This document shows positions 1 to 9,242 of a stretch of 64,000 bases of DNA, one piece after another. The translations under genes and the position numbers were made by a program. Numbering within the stretch: position 1 is the first letter of the stretch; each line of letters starts with the position of its first letter. The stretch is from contig JAJRXF010000013.1 of the NCBI GenBank assembly GCA_024276425.1, positions 16,364-80,363 of the forward strand. Direction: 5' to 3'. The notes under the pieces were generated by a model. The model was not told the DNA's origin. It saw nothing but the letters and a program-made list of their open reading frames with translations, and did not search any database. This stretch comes from Actinomycetes bacterium. GTDB lineage: Bacteria > Actinomycetota > Acidimicrobiia > Acidimicrobiales > SZUA-35.

Positions 1-587
1 TCGACCAAATGCCGAAGAAGGAAGCACTTCGTTACAGCCGGGAGTTGGCCCAGCTTGAGCGAAACATCGGCGGAATCAAGACGATGGCCAAGCAGCCGAG
101 CGTCGTGTTCATTATGGACACAATCAAGGAGCACATCGCTGTCACCGAGGCTCGAAAGCTCGGCATCCCGATCGTGGCTGTGGTGGACACCAACTGTGAC
201 CCCGATCTCATCACCTTTCCGATTCCTGGAAACGACGACGCAATTCGTTCCTCGGAACTGCTGACTCGGGTCATTGCTGAGGCTGTGGCCGAAGGCAAGA
301 TCATGCACGCGCAAAAGCACGGAGTACCCGACGCTCCGAAAGAGCGAACGGCCGAGCAAGAGGCCGAAGTGGCCGCCGAACAGGCCGAGGCTCGCAAGCA
401 GGCCGCAGACGCGGCCCAACAACGTGAGGCTCGAATTGCCGCGGCCACCGAGAAGGCCGCGGCCGACCAGGCCGCGGCAACCAAGGAAACCCCTGAAGAC
501 CCAGCCACCGAGGCTGTAGCCGAAGAAGCTCCCGCCGAGGTGACTCCGGTCGAGGTTACGGACGACGAAGCCTCTGGGAACGCCTAG
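1..587 (+). CDS. rpsB: 30S ribosomal protein S2 (5' end lies outside the window); Ala/Glu-rich C-terminal tail
   Basis: ORF 9..587 has the S2 C-terminal core '[50 protein letters not shown]'. The frame is open to the window edge, and tsf follows as in the universal rpsB-tsf pair. Confidence 0.93.
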   Translation, partial: DQMPKKEALRYSRELAQLERNIGGIKTMAKQPSVVFIMDTIKEHIAVTEARKLGIPIVAVVDTNCDPDLITFPIPGNDDAIRSSELLTRVIAEAVAEGKIMHAQKHGVPDAPKERTAEQEAEVAAEQAEARKQAADAAQQREARIAAATEKAAADQAAATKETPEDPATEAVAEEAPAEVTPVEVTDDEASGNA

Positions 588-621
588 CTACGGAACAGGA
601 CGAACGAACAAGTGAGAGAAC

Positions 622-1401
622 ATGGCTGACTTTTCTGCCAAAGACGTACAAGATCTTCGTAAGAGCACCGGCGCGGGCATGATGGATGCCAAGCGGGCAT
701 TGACTGAGACCGGGGGTGATATGGAGGCTGCGGTCCAACTCCTGCGTGAGAAAGGCTTGGCCAAGGCTCTAACTCGAACGGACCGGGAAAACAATGAAGG
801 CGTGATCGCCATCGCCTCCAACGACTCCGGAGCCGCCTTGGTACAGCTCAAGTCGGAAACTGACTTTTCGGCCAAGTCCGAATCCTTCGGGGCCTTGGCC
901 CAAGAGTTGGCCGAGGCCGTGCTGGCTGGGGGGGCTGAGGCGATCACCAGCAAGTCTGCGGCCATCGAAGACCTGAAACTCGTCCTCAAAGAAAACATCG
1001 AAGTCGGTGATGTCGCTCAGTTCCTGACCTCGGAGGGGTCCATGGTTGACGGCTACCTTCATGGTGGCGGAAAAGCTGGTGTTTTAATCGAAGGCAGCGG
1101 AATCGAAGCCGATCTCCTACACGAGATCGCTCTACACATTGCCTTCGCCAAACCCCAATACCTCAATCGTAGCGAGGTACCAAAGGAACTCGCTGACAAG
1201 GAACGGGCCGCGCTACTGGAGATAACGAAGAGCGAGGGCAAGCCCGAACAGGCCTGGGACAAGATTGTTGAGGGTCGTGTCAACGCCTGGTTTGGTGGCT
1301 TGGTTCTGTTAGAGCAAGGTGTTCTTGGCGAAAAGGAAACGGTTGCGGCCCGAATCGGCGAAGGAACGATTCACCGATTCGTCCACTCGACGCTTGGATA
1401 G
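622..1401 (+). CDS. tsf: Elongation factor Ts
   Basis: N-terminal UBA-like EF-Ts signature 'AKDVQDLRKSTGAGMMDAKRALTETGGDMEAAVQLLREKG'. It sits directly after rpsB. Confidence 0.95.
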   Translation: MADFSAKDVQDLRKSTGAGMMDAKRALTETGGDMEAAVQLLREKGLAKALTRTDRENNEGVIAIASNDSGAALVQLKSETDFSAKSESFGALAQELAEAVLAGGAEAITSKSAAIEDLKLVLKENIEVGDVAQFLTSEGSMVDGYLHGGGKAGVLIEGSGIEADLLHEIALHIAFAKPQYLNRSEVPKELADKERAALLEITKSEGKPEQAWDKIVEGRVNAWFGGLVLLEQGVLGEKETVAARIGEGTIHRFVHSTLG

Positions 1402-1445
1402 GCCCGCGTTTCCCCTAATGTGATGATTCACCCGCAAAAGGGTTC

Positions 1446-1484
1446 GCAAAGGCTCTAGCGAGGTAGCCTCGCCGGAGCCTTTGC
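1446..1484 (+). terminator. GC-rich nested hairpin downstream of tsf (possible terminator or processing site, no U-tract)
   Basis: gcaaaggctc (1446-1455) pairs perfectly with gagcctttgc (1475-1484). An inner gcgagg/cctcgc pair lies inside, and no T-run follows. Confidence 0.4.
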
Positions 1485-1515
1485 GCGTCGGTCGGATGGG
1501 CGAGAGGAGACACTT

Positions 1516-2247
1516 GTGTCGGAGCCGGGTCAGAGCCGTTGGAATCGAGTCCTGCTGAAGTTGTCTGGCGAGGCCTTCGCCGGAGAGAAGCCCTTCGGTA
1601 TTGATGGTGGGGCGATTGGCAAGATCGCCGATGACATTGTCGATGCTAGAAACAACCTGGGTGTTGAGGTGGCAGTTGTCGTCGGTGGCGGAAATATCTG
1701 GCGGGGAATAACGGGTGCCGCTAGCGGACTTGACCGCGCACAAGCCGACTACATGGGCATGCTGGCCACTGTCATGAACGCCCTCGCCTTACAGGACGTT
1801 CTTGAGCAGAAGGGCATTCCTACCCGAGTCCAAAGTGCAATCGTAATGCCTCAGGTCGCCGAGGAATACATTCGCCGCCGAGCGATCCGGCACATGGACA
1901 AGGGCCGAGTTGTCATCTTTGCCGCTGGCACCGGTAACCCCTTCTTTACAACGGATACAACCGCCGCACTTCGAGCGGTGGAAATCGAAGCTGAAGTGCT
2001 GCTCAAGGGCACTCACGGTGGAGTCGATGGGATCTATTCTGCGGATCCCAGAACCGATTCCTCCGCCACCAAGATTGGTGCCCTGAGCTACCTTGATGTC
2101 CTGAACAAGGACCTTCGAGTGATGGATTCAACAGCAATCACGCACTGCATGGAGAACAAGATGCCGATCGTGGTCTTTGATCTCATGGGTGAAGGAACCC
2201 TGCACGGACTCCTCACTGGCTCCTCGATCGGTACGATGGTGTCATGA
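1516..2247 (+). CDS. pyrH: UMP kinase
   Basis: GTG start preceded by gagaggaga. Contains '[10 protein letters not shown]' and '[11 protein letters not shown]', typical of the PyrH amino-acid kinase fold. The pyrH-frr pair is conserved. Confidence 0.95.
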   Translation: MSEPGQSRWNRVLLKLSGEAFAGEKPFGIDGGAIGKIADDIVDARNNLGVEVAVVVGGGNIWRGITGAASGLDRAQADYMGMLATVMNALALQDVLEQKGIPTRVQSAIVMPQVAEEYIRRRAIRHMDKGRVVIFAAGTGNPFFTTDTTAALRAVEIEAEVLLKGTHGGVDGIYSADPRTDSSATKIGALSYLDVLNKDLRVMDSTAITHCMENKMPIVVFDLMGEGTLHGLLTGSSIGTMVS

Positions 2248-2810
2248 GCGAGTTGATCGACATGGTCCTGGAGGACGCAATAGAACGAATGGACAAAGCT
2301 GTGGCCCACTCGCGGACCGAGTTTGCTTCAATCCGCAGTGGCCGTGCCGCGCCCGCCCTGGTTGAGCGGATTCCGGTTGAGGCCTACGGGGTCACCATGC
2401 GAATCGTGGAACTGGCATCGATCTCGGTCCCGGAGTCCCGCCAACTCTTGGTGACCCCTCACGATCCGGAAAATCTTGAAGCCTGCGAACGAGCTATTCG
2501 GACATCTGACCTGGGGCTATCCCCATCCAACGATGGTCGGGCGCTTCGACTCAACTTCCCACCCCTCACTGAGGAACGACGCAAAGAACTCGTGAGAGTG
2601 GTAAAAAAGATGGCCGAAGAAGGCCGCATCTCGATCCGCAACGTGCGTCGGGATGGTAGGAAAGAACTTGAAGGGGCCGAGAAAGATGGAGAACTTTCCT
2701 CTGACGACCTAAACCGAGCAGAGAAAGAGATCGACAAAATTACCCACCAGGCCGAGGCTGAGGTAGATGCCGCCCTCGCCGACAAAGAAGCTGAGTTGCT
2801 TGAGGTTTAG
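2244..2810 (+). CDS. frr: Ribosome recycling factor
   Basis: 188 aa, ATGA overlap with pyrH. Typical RRF sequence '[36 protein letters not shown]'. Confidence 0.95.
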   Translation: MSELIDMVLEDAIERMDKAVAHSRTEFASIRSGRAAPALVERIPVEAYGVTMRIVELASISVPESRQLLVTPHDPENLEACERAIRTSDLGLSPSNDGRALRLNFPPLTEERRKELVRVVKKMAEEGRISIRNVRRDGRKELEGAEKDGELSSDDLNRAEKEIDKITHQAEAEVDAALADKEAELLEV

Positions 2811-2863
2811 GCGGTCCGATCGAAAGTGGATAGAGCGAACACGATGAGCCGGGAGACCAGAGG

Positions 2864-4489
2864 TTGAGCGACGAGAAGGGCGCTAAAGCCGAAGAGACAG
2901 ATGGTCCTGAGCAAGGGCCGGGCGAAAGCCCACCCGAAGAACTGAGTGTCTTCGACTTGTTTGAGCCACCGCCGGAGGTAGATCCAAATCATCTTGGGCC
3001 GATTCCCATCGTGCCCGAGGTTGACTTGCCAGGCTCACTATTTGATGACGGAGCCCGCATCTCCGTTCCGAACAAGGACACCGGCACAGGCGTTGCTGGG
3101 GTTGATGCCATCGAAGGTATCGACCATTTTCCCGTGGAGGATCTCTTACCCGACAACGGCCCGCTCTCGATCGAGTCGACGGAAACCACAGAAGGATCTG
3201 ATGACCCGGTGGCACAATCGAAGGAGGAATCGAGGCAGACCACGGATGCGGGAGCCCTGCTTGACGACCTTTTTGGAGACGAGACAGAGTTAGACCCGGG
3301 CACAAAGCTGGATGAAACAGATCTTGATCTGGCGGGACCACAGGAAGTGTCCGTTCCAATCGTTCCGGTCGTAGAAGCCCCAGCAGACCTACCCCACTGG
3401 ACCGACCCTCCGACGGGTCAGGTCCCTGCTGTTGTTGCCGCGGACCCCGAAGACGAGGTCTGGTCCGACCTGTCAGGCCCTCGCTGGCATGGCGAAGGCC
3501 CGGAATGGGCAGGCGACGACCTGGCCGACGTCTTTGGATTTACCCCAGCCGCCGAGCAAGGCGTAGACGCGGCGCTGATAGACGACACTGCCAGTGAGGC
3601 CGGGAACCTTTCCAATGCCGGACCGCCGCAGCGAGCCCCCATTCCTCGACAGACTGGACCGGCCCAGGCTGCTCCGCCCGGCGGGGGCCGAAACCTACCT
3701 CAAGCCATCCTTGTCGGGGGCCTCCTTGGGGGGCTCGCGCTTTTGGCTTTTTGGCTTGGAAACCGAACAACGGTTGGACTCATCACGGTGATTGCTGTGC
3801 TCGGTGGTCTCGAGCTTTTCAACAAGATGCGCGAAGTAGGGGTCCATCCGGCAACCCTGTTGGGAACGGTGGCAAGTGGAGCGATGCCTTTGGCTACCTA
3901 CAACCAAGGCCCGGCAGGGTTCATGATGGTTGCCGCCTTGATGGTGGTCTTCGGGGCCCTGTGGTACATCGTTGGTGCCGACTCCCATCGACCAGCCCTC
4001 AACATGGGCCTCACCATGCTCGGGGTCATGTGGGTTGGTGGGTTGGCGTCTTTTGCCGTTCTGATCGTGCGACTTCCTGATGGCATCAGCATGCTTTTGT
4101 TCGCAGTTGTCGTGACTATTGTCTTTGACACGGGTGCCTACGCTGGGGGTCGGGCGTTCGGGAAGACACCGTTTCACTCCTCCAGCCCAAACAAGACGTG
4201 GGAGGGAACGATCATTGGGGTAATAGCCGCCGTCGGAGCGGCTGGCATCCTCGGTCTCTTTCTCATCTCCCAGTTCAGTGACAACCTGATTGATGCCCTG
4301 ATCGTTGGCCTCGTCGTTGGCATCTTGGCTCCAATTGGTGACCTCACCGAGTCGATGGTTAAACGAGACCTTGGCGTGAAAGACATGGGCACGCTGCTTC
4401 CAGGACACGGAGGGATATTGGACCGGGTGGATGGGCTGCTTTTCGTGCTCCCGGGCGTGTACTACCTCGCACTCATCTTGTTGCCCTAG
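2864..4489 (+). CDS. cdsA: Phosphatidate cytidylyltransferase (CdsA) with a ~270-aa acidic/Pro-rich N-terminal extension; start codon uncertain
   Basis: The C-terminal ~270 aa are multi-TM and carry the CTP-transferase signature 'ESMVKRDLGVKDMGTLLPGHGGILDRVDGL'. The N-terminal half is a stop-free low-complexity D/E/P-rich region. The ORF begins at TTG 2864. Confidence 0.85.
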   Translation: MSDEKGAKAEETDGPEQGPGESPPEELSVFDLFEPPPEVDPNHLGPIPIVPEVDLPGSLFDDGARISVPNKDTGTGVAGVDAIEGIDHFPVEDLLPDNGPLSIESTETTEGSDDPVAQSKEESRQTTDAGALLDDLFGDETELDPGTKLDETDLDLAGPQEVSVPIVPVVEAPADLPHWTDPPTGQVPAVVAADPEDEVWSDLSGPRWHGEGPEWAGDDLADVFGFTPAAEQGVDAALIDDTASEAGNLSNAGPPQRAPIPRQTGPAQAAPPGGGRNLPQAILVGGLLGGLALLAFWLGNRTTVGLITVIAVLGGLELFNKMREVGVHPATLLGTVASGAMPLATYNQGPAGFMMVAALMVVFGALWYIVGADSHRPALNMGLTMLGVMWVGGLASFAVLIVRLPDGISMLLFAVVVTIVFDTGAYAGGRAFGKTPFHSSSPNKTWEGTIIGVIAAVGAAGILGLFLISQFSDNLIDALIVGLVVGILAPIGDLTESMVKRDLGVKDMGTLLPGHGGILDRVDGLLFVLPGVYYLALILLP

Positions 4490-4495
4490 CTGGTC

Positions 4496-5689
4496 ATGGT
4501 CGAGCCAACAACGGTTGCCATTGTCGGATCGACCGGATCGATCGGAACCCAATCGCTTCAGGTCGTTGCCGATGACCCCGACCACTACCGAGTAGTCGCC
4601 CTCGCCGCTGGCCGGTCACTTGATCTTCTTGTTTCCCAAGCTCGAGCCATACGGCCGGAGTTTGTGGCCATTGGCGACGAATCGCAGGTGGCCGACTTGC
4701 GAGACGCGCTGCCAGCCGCCATAGAGGTGGCGGGTGGTGAGGCTGGTCTTGCCGAATGTGCCAGACGGGCCGATGTGACCATTAATGCGGTTGTTGGCTT
4801 TGCTGGCTTGCCCGTCACGCTGGGCTGCCTGCAGGCAGGAAAACGGCTGGCCTTAGCCAATAAGGAGTCGCTCATCGCCGCTGGTCCGGTAGTTCAAAAG
4901 GCCAGACAGACCCCGGGGGCCGAACTTATCCCTGTCGATTCCGAGCACGCGGCCATTCACCAGTGTCTTCGGGCTAATGACGTTGCTACACGGGTATCAA
5001 AGATTCAGGTCACCGCATCGGGTGGTCCGTTCCGGGGCATGACCGTCGAGCAACTGGCCGAGGTCACCATCGCCCAAGCACTTAACCACCCAACCTGGTC
5101 CATGGGCCCCAAGATCACCATCGACTCATCAACGCTTATGAACAAAGGGCTCGAAGTTATAGAGGCCAACGAATTGTTTGGTCGCCCAGCCGGGGACCTC
5201 GGCTTTGACCTGGCGTTGGACGACATTGAAGTTGTGGTACATCCCCAATCGGTGGTGCATTCCATGGTGACCTACAGCGATGGATCGACTATCGCCCAAC
5301 TATCCATGCCCGACATGCGCCTCCCGATTGCTTACGCCCTGGCCTATCCAGACCGCTACCCCGTGGCCTACGGGGGTATCGATTGGACGTTGCTAGGGAC
5401 GCTAGATTTCGAAGGCCCAGACCGGGAGGCCTTTCCCTGTCTGGATCTGGCCTATGCCGCCGCAACGATCGGTGGGACTGCCCCGGCATGGTTGAGCGCT
5501 GCCAACGAGGTCGCGGTTGAGGCTTTCCTCCAGGGACGGATCCGCTGGTCTGACATAGGTGACGTAAACAGTGCCGTGCTTTCGGGTCATGATGGGGGAA
5601 CAGGGGACACCCTCGCCGGGGTTCTCCAAGGTGATCAACTTGCCCGGATTCGGGCCGACGAGATCATTCGAGACCGTTTTGTTTTATAG
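4496..5689 (+). CDS. dxr: 1-deoxy-D-xylulose-5-phosphate reductoisomerase
   Basis: NADPH-binding N-terminus 'VAIVGSTGSIGTQSL', plus 'LANKESLI', 'PVDSEHAAIHQC' and 'NKGLEVIEA'. Confidence 0.95.
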   Translation: MVEPTTVAIVGSTGSIGTQSLQVVADDPDHYRVVALAAGRSLDLLVSQARAIRPEFVAIGDESQVADLRDALPAAIEVAGGEAGLAECARRADVTINAVVGFAGLPVTLGCLQAGKRLALANKESLIAAGPVVQKARQTPGAELIPVDSEHAAIHQCLRANDVATRVSKIQVTASGGPFRGMTVEQLAEVTIAQALNHPTWSMGPKITIDSSTLMNKGLEVIEANELFGRPAGDLGFDLALDDIEVVVHPQSVVHSMVTYSDGSTIAQLSMPDMRLPIAYALAYPDRYPVAYGGIDWTLLGTLDFEGPDREAFPCLDLAYAAATIGGTAPAWLSAANEVAVEAFLQGRIRWSDIGDVNSAVLSGHDGGTGDTLAGVLQGDQLARIRADEIIRDRFVL

Positions 5690-5709
5690 CCCGTTTGTTT
5701 TATAGCCCG
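5678..5709 (+). repeat. Perfect 16-bp tandem duplication spanning the dxr stop codon
   Basis: tttgttttatagcccg occurs at 5678-5693 and again at 5694-5709. The first copy contains the last dxr codons and the TAG stop (5687-5689). Confidence 0.9.
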
Positions 5710-5758
5710 GACCAAGGCCCCTAGCCTGGACCATGGCTTCCTAGTTTGCACTGAGAAA

Positions 5759-7084
5759 GTGGCATCCATGCCGAATCCAGCCGAACAGCTCTCTGAAGAC
5801 ACCACGGATTCTGCCCGAGGAGTCGAAACTGGCTCTGATCGTGGGCCGTCCCTGGTTCTTGGTGACACCAGGCCAGGCGAGCCAGAAGCTTCGGTAACAA
5901 ACCTGGTTGGCCTCGTATTTCTGGCTGCCTTCTTTGCATTTCTGTGGTTCTGGGGCGGGCTGAACGCGGTTGCTTTCGTTCTCGGTCTGGTCATCATGAT
6001 TTTTCTTCACGAACTCGGCCACTTTGTTACTGCTCGTATGACCGGGATGAAGGCCACTCGCTTTTTTATCGGCATGGGCCCCACCATCGTTTCTCGTACC
6101 AAAGGCGAGACCGAATACGGGATCAAGGCGATTCCTGCTGGCGCTTTTGTTGCCATTAGCGGAATGAACAACCTCGATCCGGTTCCACCCGAGGATGAGC
6201 CGAGGGCATACAAGAATGCGTCCTATCCCCGTCGGATGCTGGTGATCACTGCTGGGTCCATGATGCACTTCCTTCAAGCCATCCTCATTTTTGTCTTCTT
6301 GTATTCGATCATTGGTGTACCCGATGGCGACGGTCGCTGGGAGATTCGGGAACTGTCCAAGCTCGACAACGGCAGCGATGCCCCGGCACTGGCCGCGGGG
6401 TTAGAGATTGGCGACCGCATTGTCACCATTGACGGTCAGCCAACGGATAAATTCGACGACCTTCGGACCTATGTTTCGGCTCGCCCGGGCGAGCAAGTGG
6501 TCCTTGGCGTCGAGCGCGACGGTCGACTCATCGAGTCCACAACCACCCTGGCTGCTGTTCCACATGAGGAAGGACCAGATACTGGCTTCCTCGGAGTAGG
6601 TGCGGAGTTTGAGAACAAGCAGCTCAGTCCTGTAGTTGGGCTACAAGCATTTAAGGAAACGGCTCTGGCGTCGTTTACAACAATGGGCAAGATCTTTAGC
6701 CCATCGGGAATTCGGAACCTGGGCTCACTCATGCTCCAGGGCCCCGAGGACGTCGGCCTTGATAGCGATGAAGCGGCGGAACGTCCAGTCTCCCTGGTAG
6801 GCATCGTTCGTATCGCCGGAGATGACCAGTTTGATTGGTCTAGTCGCTTGTTCTTTCTGGGTTCGATCAACGTCTTTGTTGGAATCTTCAACCTCGTTCC
6901 GCTCCTGCCCCTGGACGGCGGGCACGCCGCCATTGGCACCTATGAGCGCATTCGTTCCACCAAGAAGCGTCGCTACTTTGTCGACTACGCCAAGTTGATG
7001 CCGCTGACCTATGGAGTCGTCGTCGTTTTAGGATTCCTGTTTATCTCCACATTGTGGTTGGACGTGCTGCGACCGATTAGCTGA
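5759..7084 (+). CDS. rseP: Site-2 (M50) intramembrane zinc metalloprotease, RseP/Rip1-like, with PDZ domain
   Basis: 'LHELGHFVTAR' HExxH motif in a TM helix, a central PDZ-like region ('GLEIGDRIVTIDGQP'), and the second conserved motif 'NLVPLLPLDGGH'. Confidence 0.9.
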   Translation: MASMPNPAEQLSEDTTDSARGVETGSDRGPSLVLGDTRPGEPEASVTNLVGLVFLAAFFAFLWFWGGLNAVAFVLGLVIMIFLHELGHFVTARMTGMKATRFFIGMGPTIVSRTKGETEYGIKAIPAGAFVAISGMNNLDPVPPEDEPRAYKNASYPRRMLVITAGSMMHFLQAILIFVFLYSIIGVPDGDGRWEIRELSKLDNGSDAPALAAGLEIGDRIVTIDGQPTDKFDDLRTYVSARPGEQVVLGVERDGRLIESTTTLAAVPHEEGPDTGFLGVGAEFENKQLSPVVGLQAFKETALASFTTMGKIFSPSGIRNLGSLMLQGPEDVGLDSDEAAERPVSLVGIVRIAGDDQFDWSSRLFFLGSINVFVGIFNLVPLLPLDGGHAAIGTYERIRSTKKRRYFVDYAKLMPLTYGVVVVLGFLFISTLWLDVLRPIS

Positions 7085-7134
7085 CGAAGACTGGGGCTCA
7101 CGCTACGCTCCCACCCAAACGCTACGCTCTGGTC

Positions 7135-8400
7135 ATGGACGCTGGAGCGGTAAGTTTCCCACGACGTGAAACCACCAAGATCATGGTGGGCAAGGTTCCC
7201 GTCGGTGGTGACAGCCACATCACGGTCCAGTCGATGACTACGACCAAGACGCATGACCACGAAGCTACGCTCCAGCAGATCTATGGCCTGGCCGCCGCTG
7301 GAGCCGACATTATCCGCTGCACCTGCAACTCGCCCGAAGCGGCTGAGGGCCTGGCTCGCATTGTTCCGCGAAGCCCGGTTCCCATCGTGGCCGACATCCA
7401 CCACCAGTACCTTCGCGCATTGGAGGCGTTGGAAGCCGGAGTGCACTGTCTTCGTCTCAACCCAGGGAACATTCGCAAACCTGAACACATCAAGGCCGTG
7501 GCCCGCGAGGCGAAAGACCGAAATGTACCGATCCGGATCGGGGTAAACGGGGGCAGCCTGGACCCCGAGCTCTACAAGAAGTTTGGCGATCAGGTGACGG
7601 CCGAGGCCATGGTGGAGTCGGCCAAACAGGAGATTGGCTACTTCGAGGACATTGGCTTTGACCTGATCAAGATCTCGGTCAAGGCTTCCAACGTTCCACT
7701 CATGATCGAGGCCTATCGCCAACTATCGGAGGTAACCGACTTTCCTCTCCACCTCGGCGTCACCGAGGCCGGTCCGCCTCCTGGTGGAATTGTGAAAGCG
7801 ACGGCCGGTATCGCAACACTCTTAGCCGAGGGGATCGGCGACACCATTCGCTATTCCCTCACCGCAGACCCGGTTCAGGAAGCAAAGTTCGGTCGGCAGT
7901 TGCTCGAGACGATGGGACTGCGCAAACGGAAGAATGTTGACCTGATCGCGTGCCCCTCCTGTGGGCGGGCCGAGATCGACGTGTACCGGATTGCCCAAGA
8001 GGCCCAAGACGCCTTTGAGAACCGCAAGATTCCACTTCAGGTTGCGGTGATGGGCTGTGTGGTCAACGGACCGGGGGAAGCCAGGGACGCTGATCTCGGA
8101 ATTGCCGCTGGCAACAAACGTGGGCATCTTTTTGTCCAGGGCGAAAATGTTGCGGTTGTACCCGAGGATGAGATGGTCGCCACCCTGGTTGAGTGGGCCG
8201 AGTACATCAACGATGAGGGGATGGAGGCGGCATTGGATCGGGCGAAGGCAACAAAGGCGGAGGCTCGCAAGGCGGCCGAGGAAGACCGACTCCGAAACCT
8301 GGGGGAGCGAGGCGAGGATGCCAATGACTCCGAGCAAGTGGTGCGGCTTCTGCGTGACAAGTCCAAGATGGCCGGTGGCAGCGACAACAGCGCCGCTTAG
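7135..8400 (+). CDS. ispG: 4-hydroxy-3-methylbut-2-en-1-yl diphosphate synthase (flavodoxin)
   Basis: 'IMVGKVPVGGDSHITVQSMTTT' N-terminus and Fe-S cysteines in 'IACPSCGRAEIDV' and 'VMGCVVNGPGEA'. It has a charged C-terminal tail. Confidence 0.95.
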   Translation: MDAGAVSFPRRETTKIMVGKVPVGGDSHITVQSMTTTKTHDHEATLQQIYGLAAAGADIIRCTCNSPEAAEGLARIVPRSPVPIVADIHHQYLRALEALEAGVHCLRLNPGNIRKPEHIKAVAREAKDRNVPIRIGVNGGSLDPELYKKFGDQVTAEAMVESAKQEIGYFEDIGFDLIKISVKASNVPLMIEAYRQLSEVTDFPLHLGVTEAGPPPGGIVKATAGIATLLAEGIGDTIRYSLTADPVQEAKFGRQLLETMGLRKRKNVDLIACPSCGRAEIDVYRIAQEAQDAFENRKIPLQVAVMGCVVNGPGEARDADLGIAAGNKRGHLFVQGENVAVVPEDEMVATLVEWAEYINDEGMEAALDRAKATKAEARKAAEEDRLRNLGERGEDANDSEQVVRLLRDKSKMAGGSDNSAA

Positions 8401-8504
8401 AGGGCAGGGAGCGGGGAGGCCAGGTTCGAAAAGCCGGGAGCCTGATCGGGTCTGCTAGTCTGTAAGCAATGTGCCTGGCCGGTGCAACTATGTCGGCCGT
8501 TTAG

Positions 8505-8534
8505 GGCGTGGGCCACGGCCCACGCCTTTGTTTT
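8505..8534 (+). terminator. Intrinsic terminator after ispG
   Basis: ggcgtggg-ccacgg-cccacgcc stem-loop followed directly by tttgtttt. Confidence 0.75.
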
Positions 8535-8585
8535 GAGTGGCACGAGCAGTGTTGAAGTGTCCTAGACAGCGACAAGCAAAGTGAG

Positions 8586-9242
8586 GTGATGAGCATGGGA
8601 ATTGCAGAGGACGTAGCGGAGCTACTTGGCCCCGTGGTTCAGTCTCTCGGTGTCGATCTGGTTGACGTTGAACACCACGGACAGGTTCTTCGGGTAGTGG
8701 TTGATCAAGACGGTGGGGTCACCACCGACACCCTGGCCCAAATTAACCGGCTCATTTCGCCCATGCTGGATGATGCCGACCCCATTGCCGGTCGATATAC
8801 CCTGGAAGTGTCCAGTCCGGGGGTCGAACGTCGATTGCGGACTCTCGACCACTTCGACCGCGCAGTAGGCGAGACGGCAATCCTCAAGCTGGTGCCGTCA
8901 TCGCCGATTCGCAGACTGAAGGGCGAGTTGACTGGAGTTGCAGGTGGCACGATCTCCCTGGTTGCAACCGAGATCGACGGGATCGAGCTGGATGAACTGA
9001 CCGAGCACTCCGTTCAACTCGATCAAGTGCTGAGGGCTCGAACCTCCTTCGATTGGGGACCCACTCCCAAAAAAGGCGGCTCCAAGAACGGCAAAGCGAA
9101 GAAGTCGAAGAGCGCAGCGAGGAACCTCACTACCCGCGATAACAAGCAGCAGTCCAGCAAGCAGCAGTCCAGCAAACAGGTATCCAACAAACAGGTATCG
9201 GGTGGTCAACACTCGGGACCTCAAGACAGGGGAATCGAATGA
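8586..9242 (+). CDS. rimP: Ribosome maturation factor RimP with K/Q/S-rich C-terminal tail (start could be 8586, 8589 or 8595)
   Basis: 'LVDVEHHGQVLRVVVD' and 'YTLEVSSPGVERRLR' are RimP-typical. It sits directly upstream of nusA with an ATGA overlap. Confidence 0.88.
   Translation: MMSMGIAEDVAELLGPVVQSLGVDLVDVEHHGQVLRVVVDQDGGVTTDTLAQINRLISPMLDDADPIAGRYTLEVSSPGVERRLRTLDHFDRAVGETAILKLVPSSPIRRLKGELTGVAGGTISLVATEIDGIELDELTEHSVQLDQVLRARTSFDWGPTPKKGGSKNGKAKKSKSAARNLTTRDNKQQSSKQQSSKQVSNKQVSGGQHSGPQDRGIE
9144..9203 (+). repeat. Two adjacent 15-bp tandem duplications inside the rimP tail
   Basis: aagcagcagtccagc x2 (9144-9173), then aaacaggtatccaac / aaacaggtatcgggt (9174-9203). They encode KQQSS-KQQSS-KQVSN-KQVSG. 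Confidence 0.85.

Noticed and set aside
3695-4585. Long antisense or alternative-frame ORFs overlapping well-supported genes. Examples: 3695..4585(-), 7009..7722(-), 9221..9871(-), 11166..11969(-), 11354..12061(+), 19236..19940(-), 20529..21156(-), 57689..58375(-), 58987..59730(-).
   Set aside because: They lie fully inside genes with strong family signatures on the other strand or frame. Their translations are Arg/Pro/Gly/Ser-rich with no recognisable motifs. This is typical of shadow ORFs in GC-rich DNA.
8415-8440. GGTTCGAAA-type motifs that could mark tRNA T-loops (8423, also 13657 and 30170).
   Set aside because: The flanking 5-nt arms are not complementary in any case, and two of the three lie inside well-supported CDSs. 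No tRNA gene is supported in this window.
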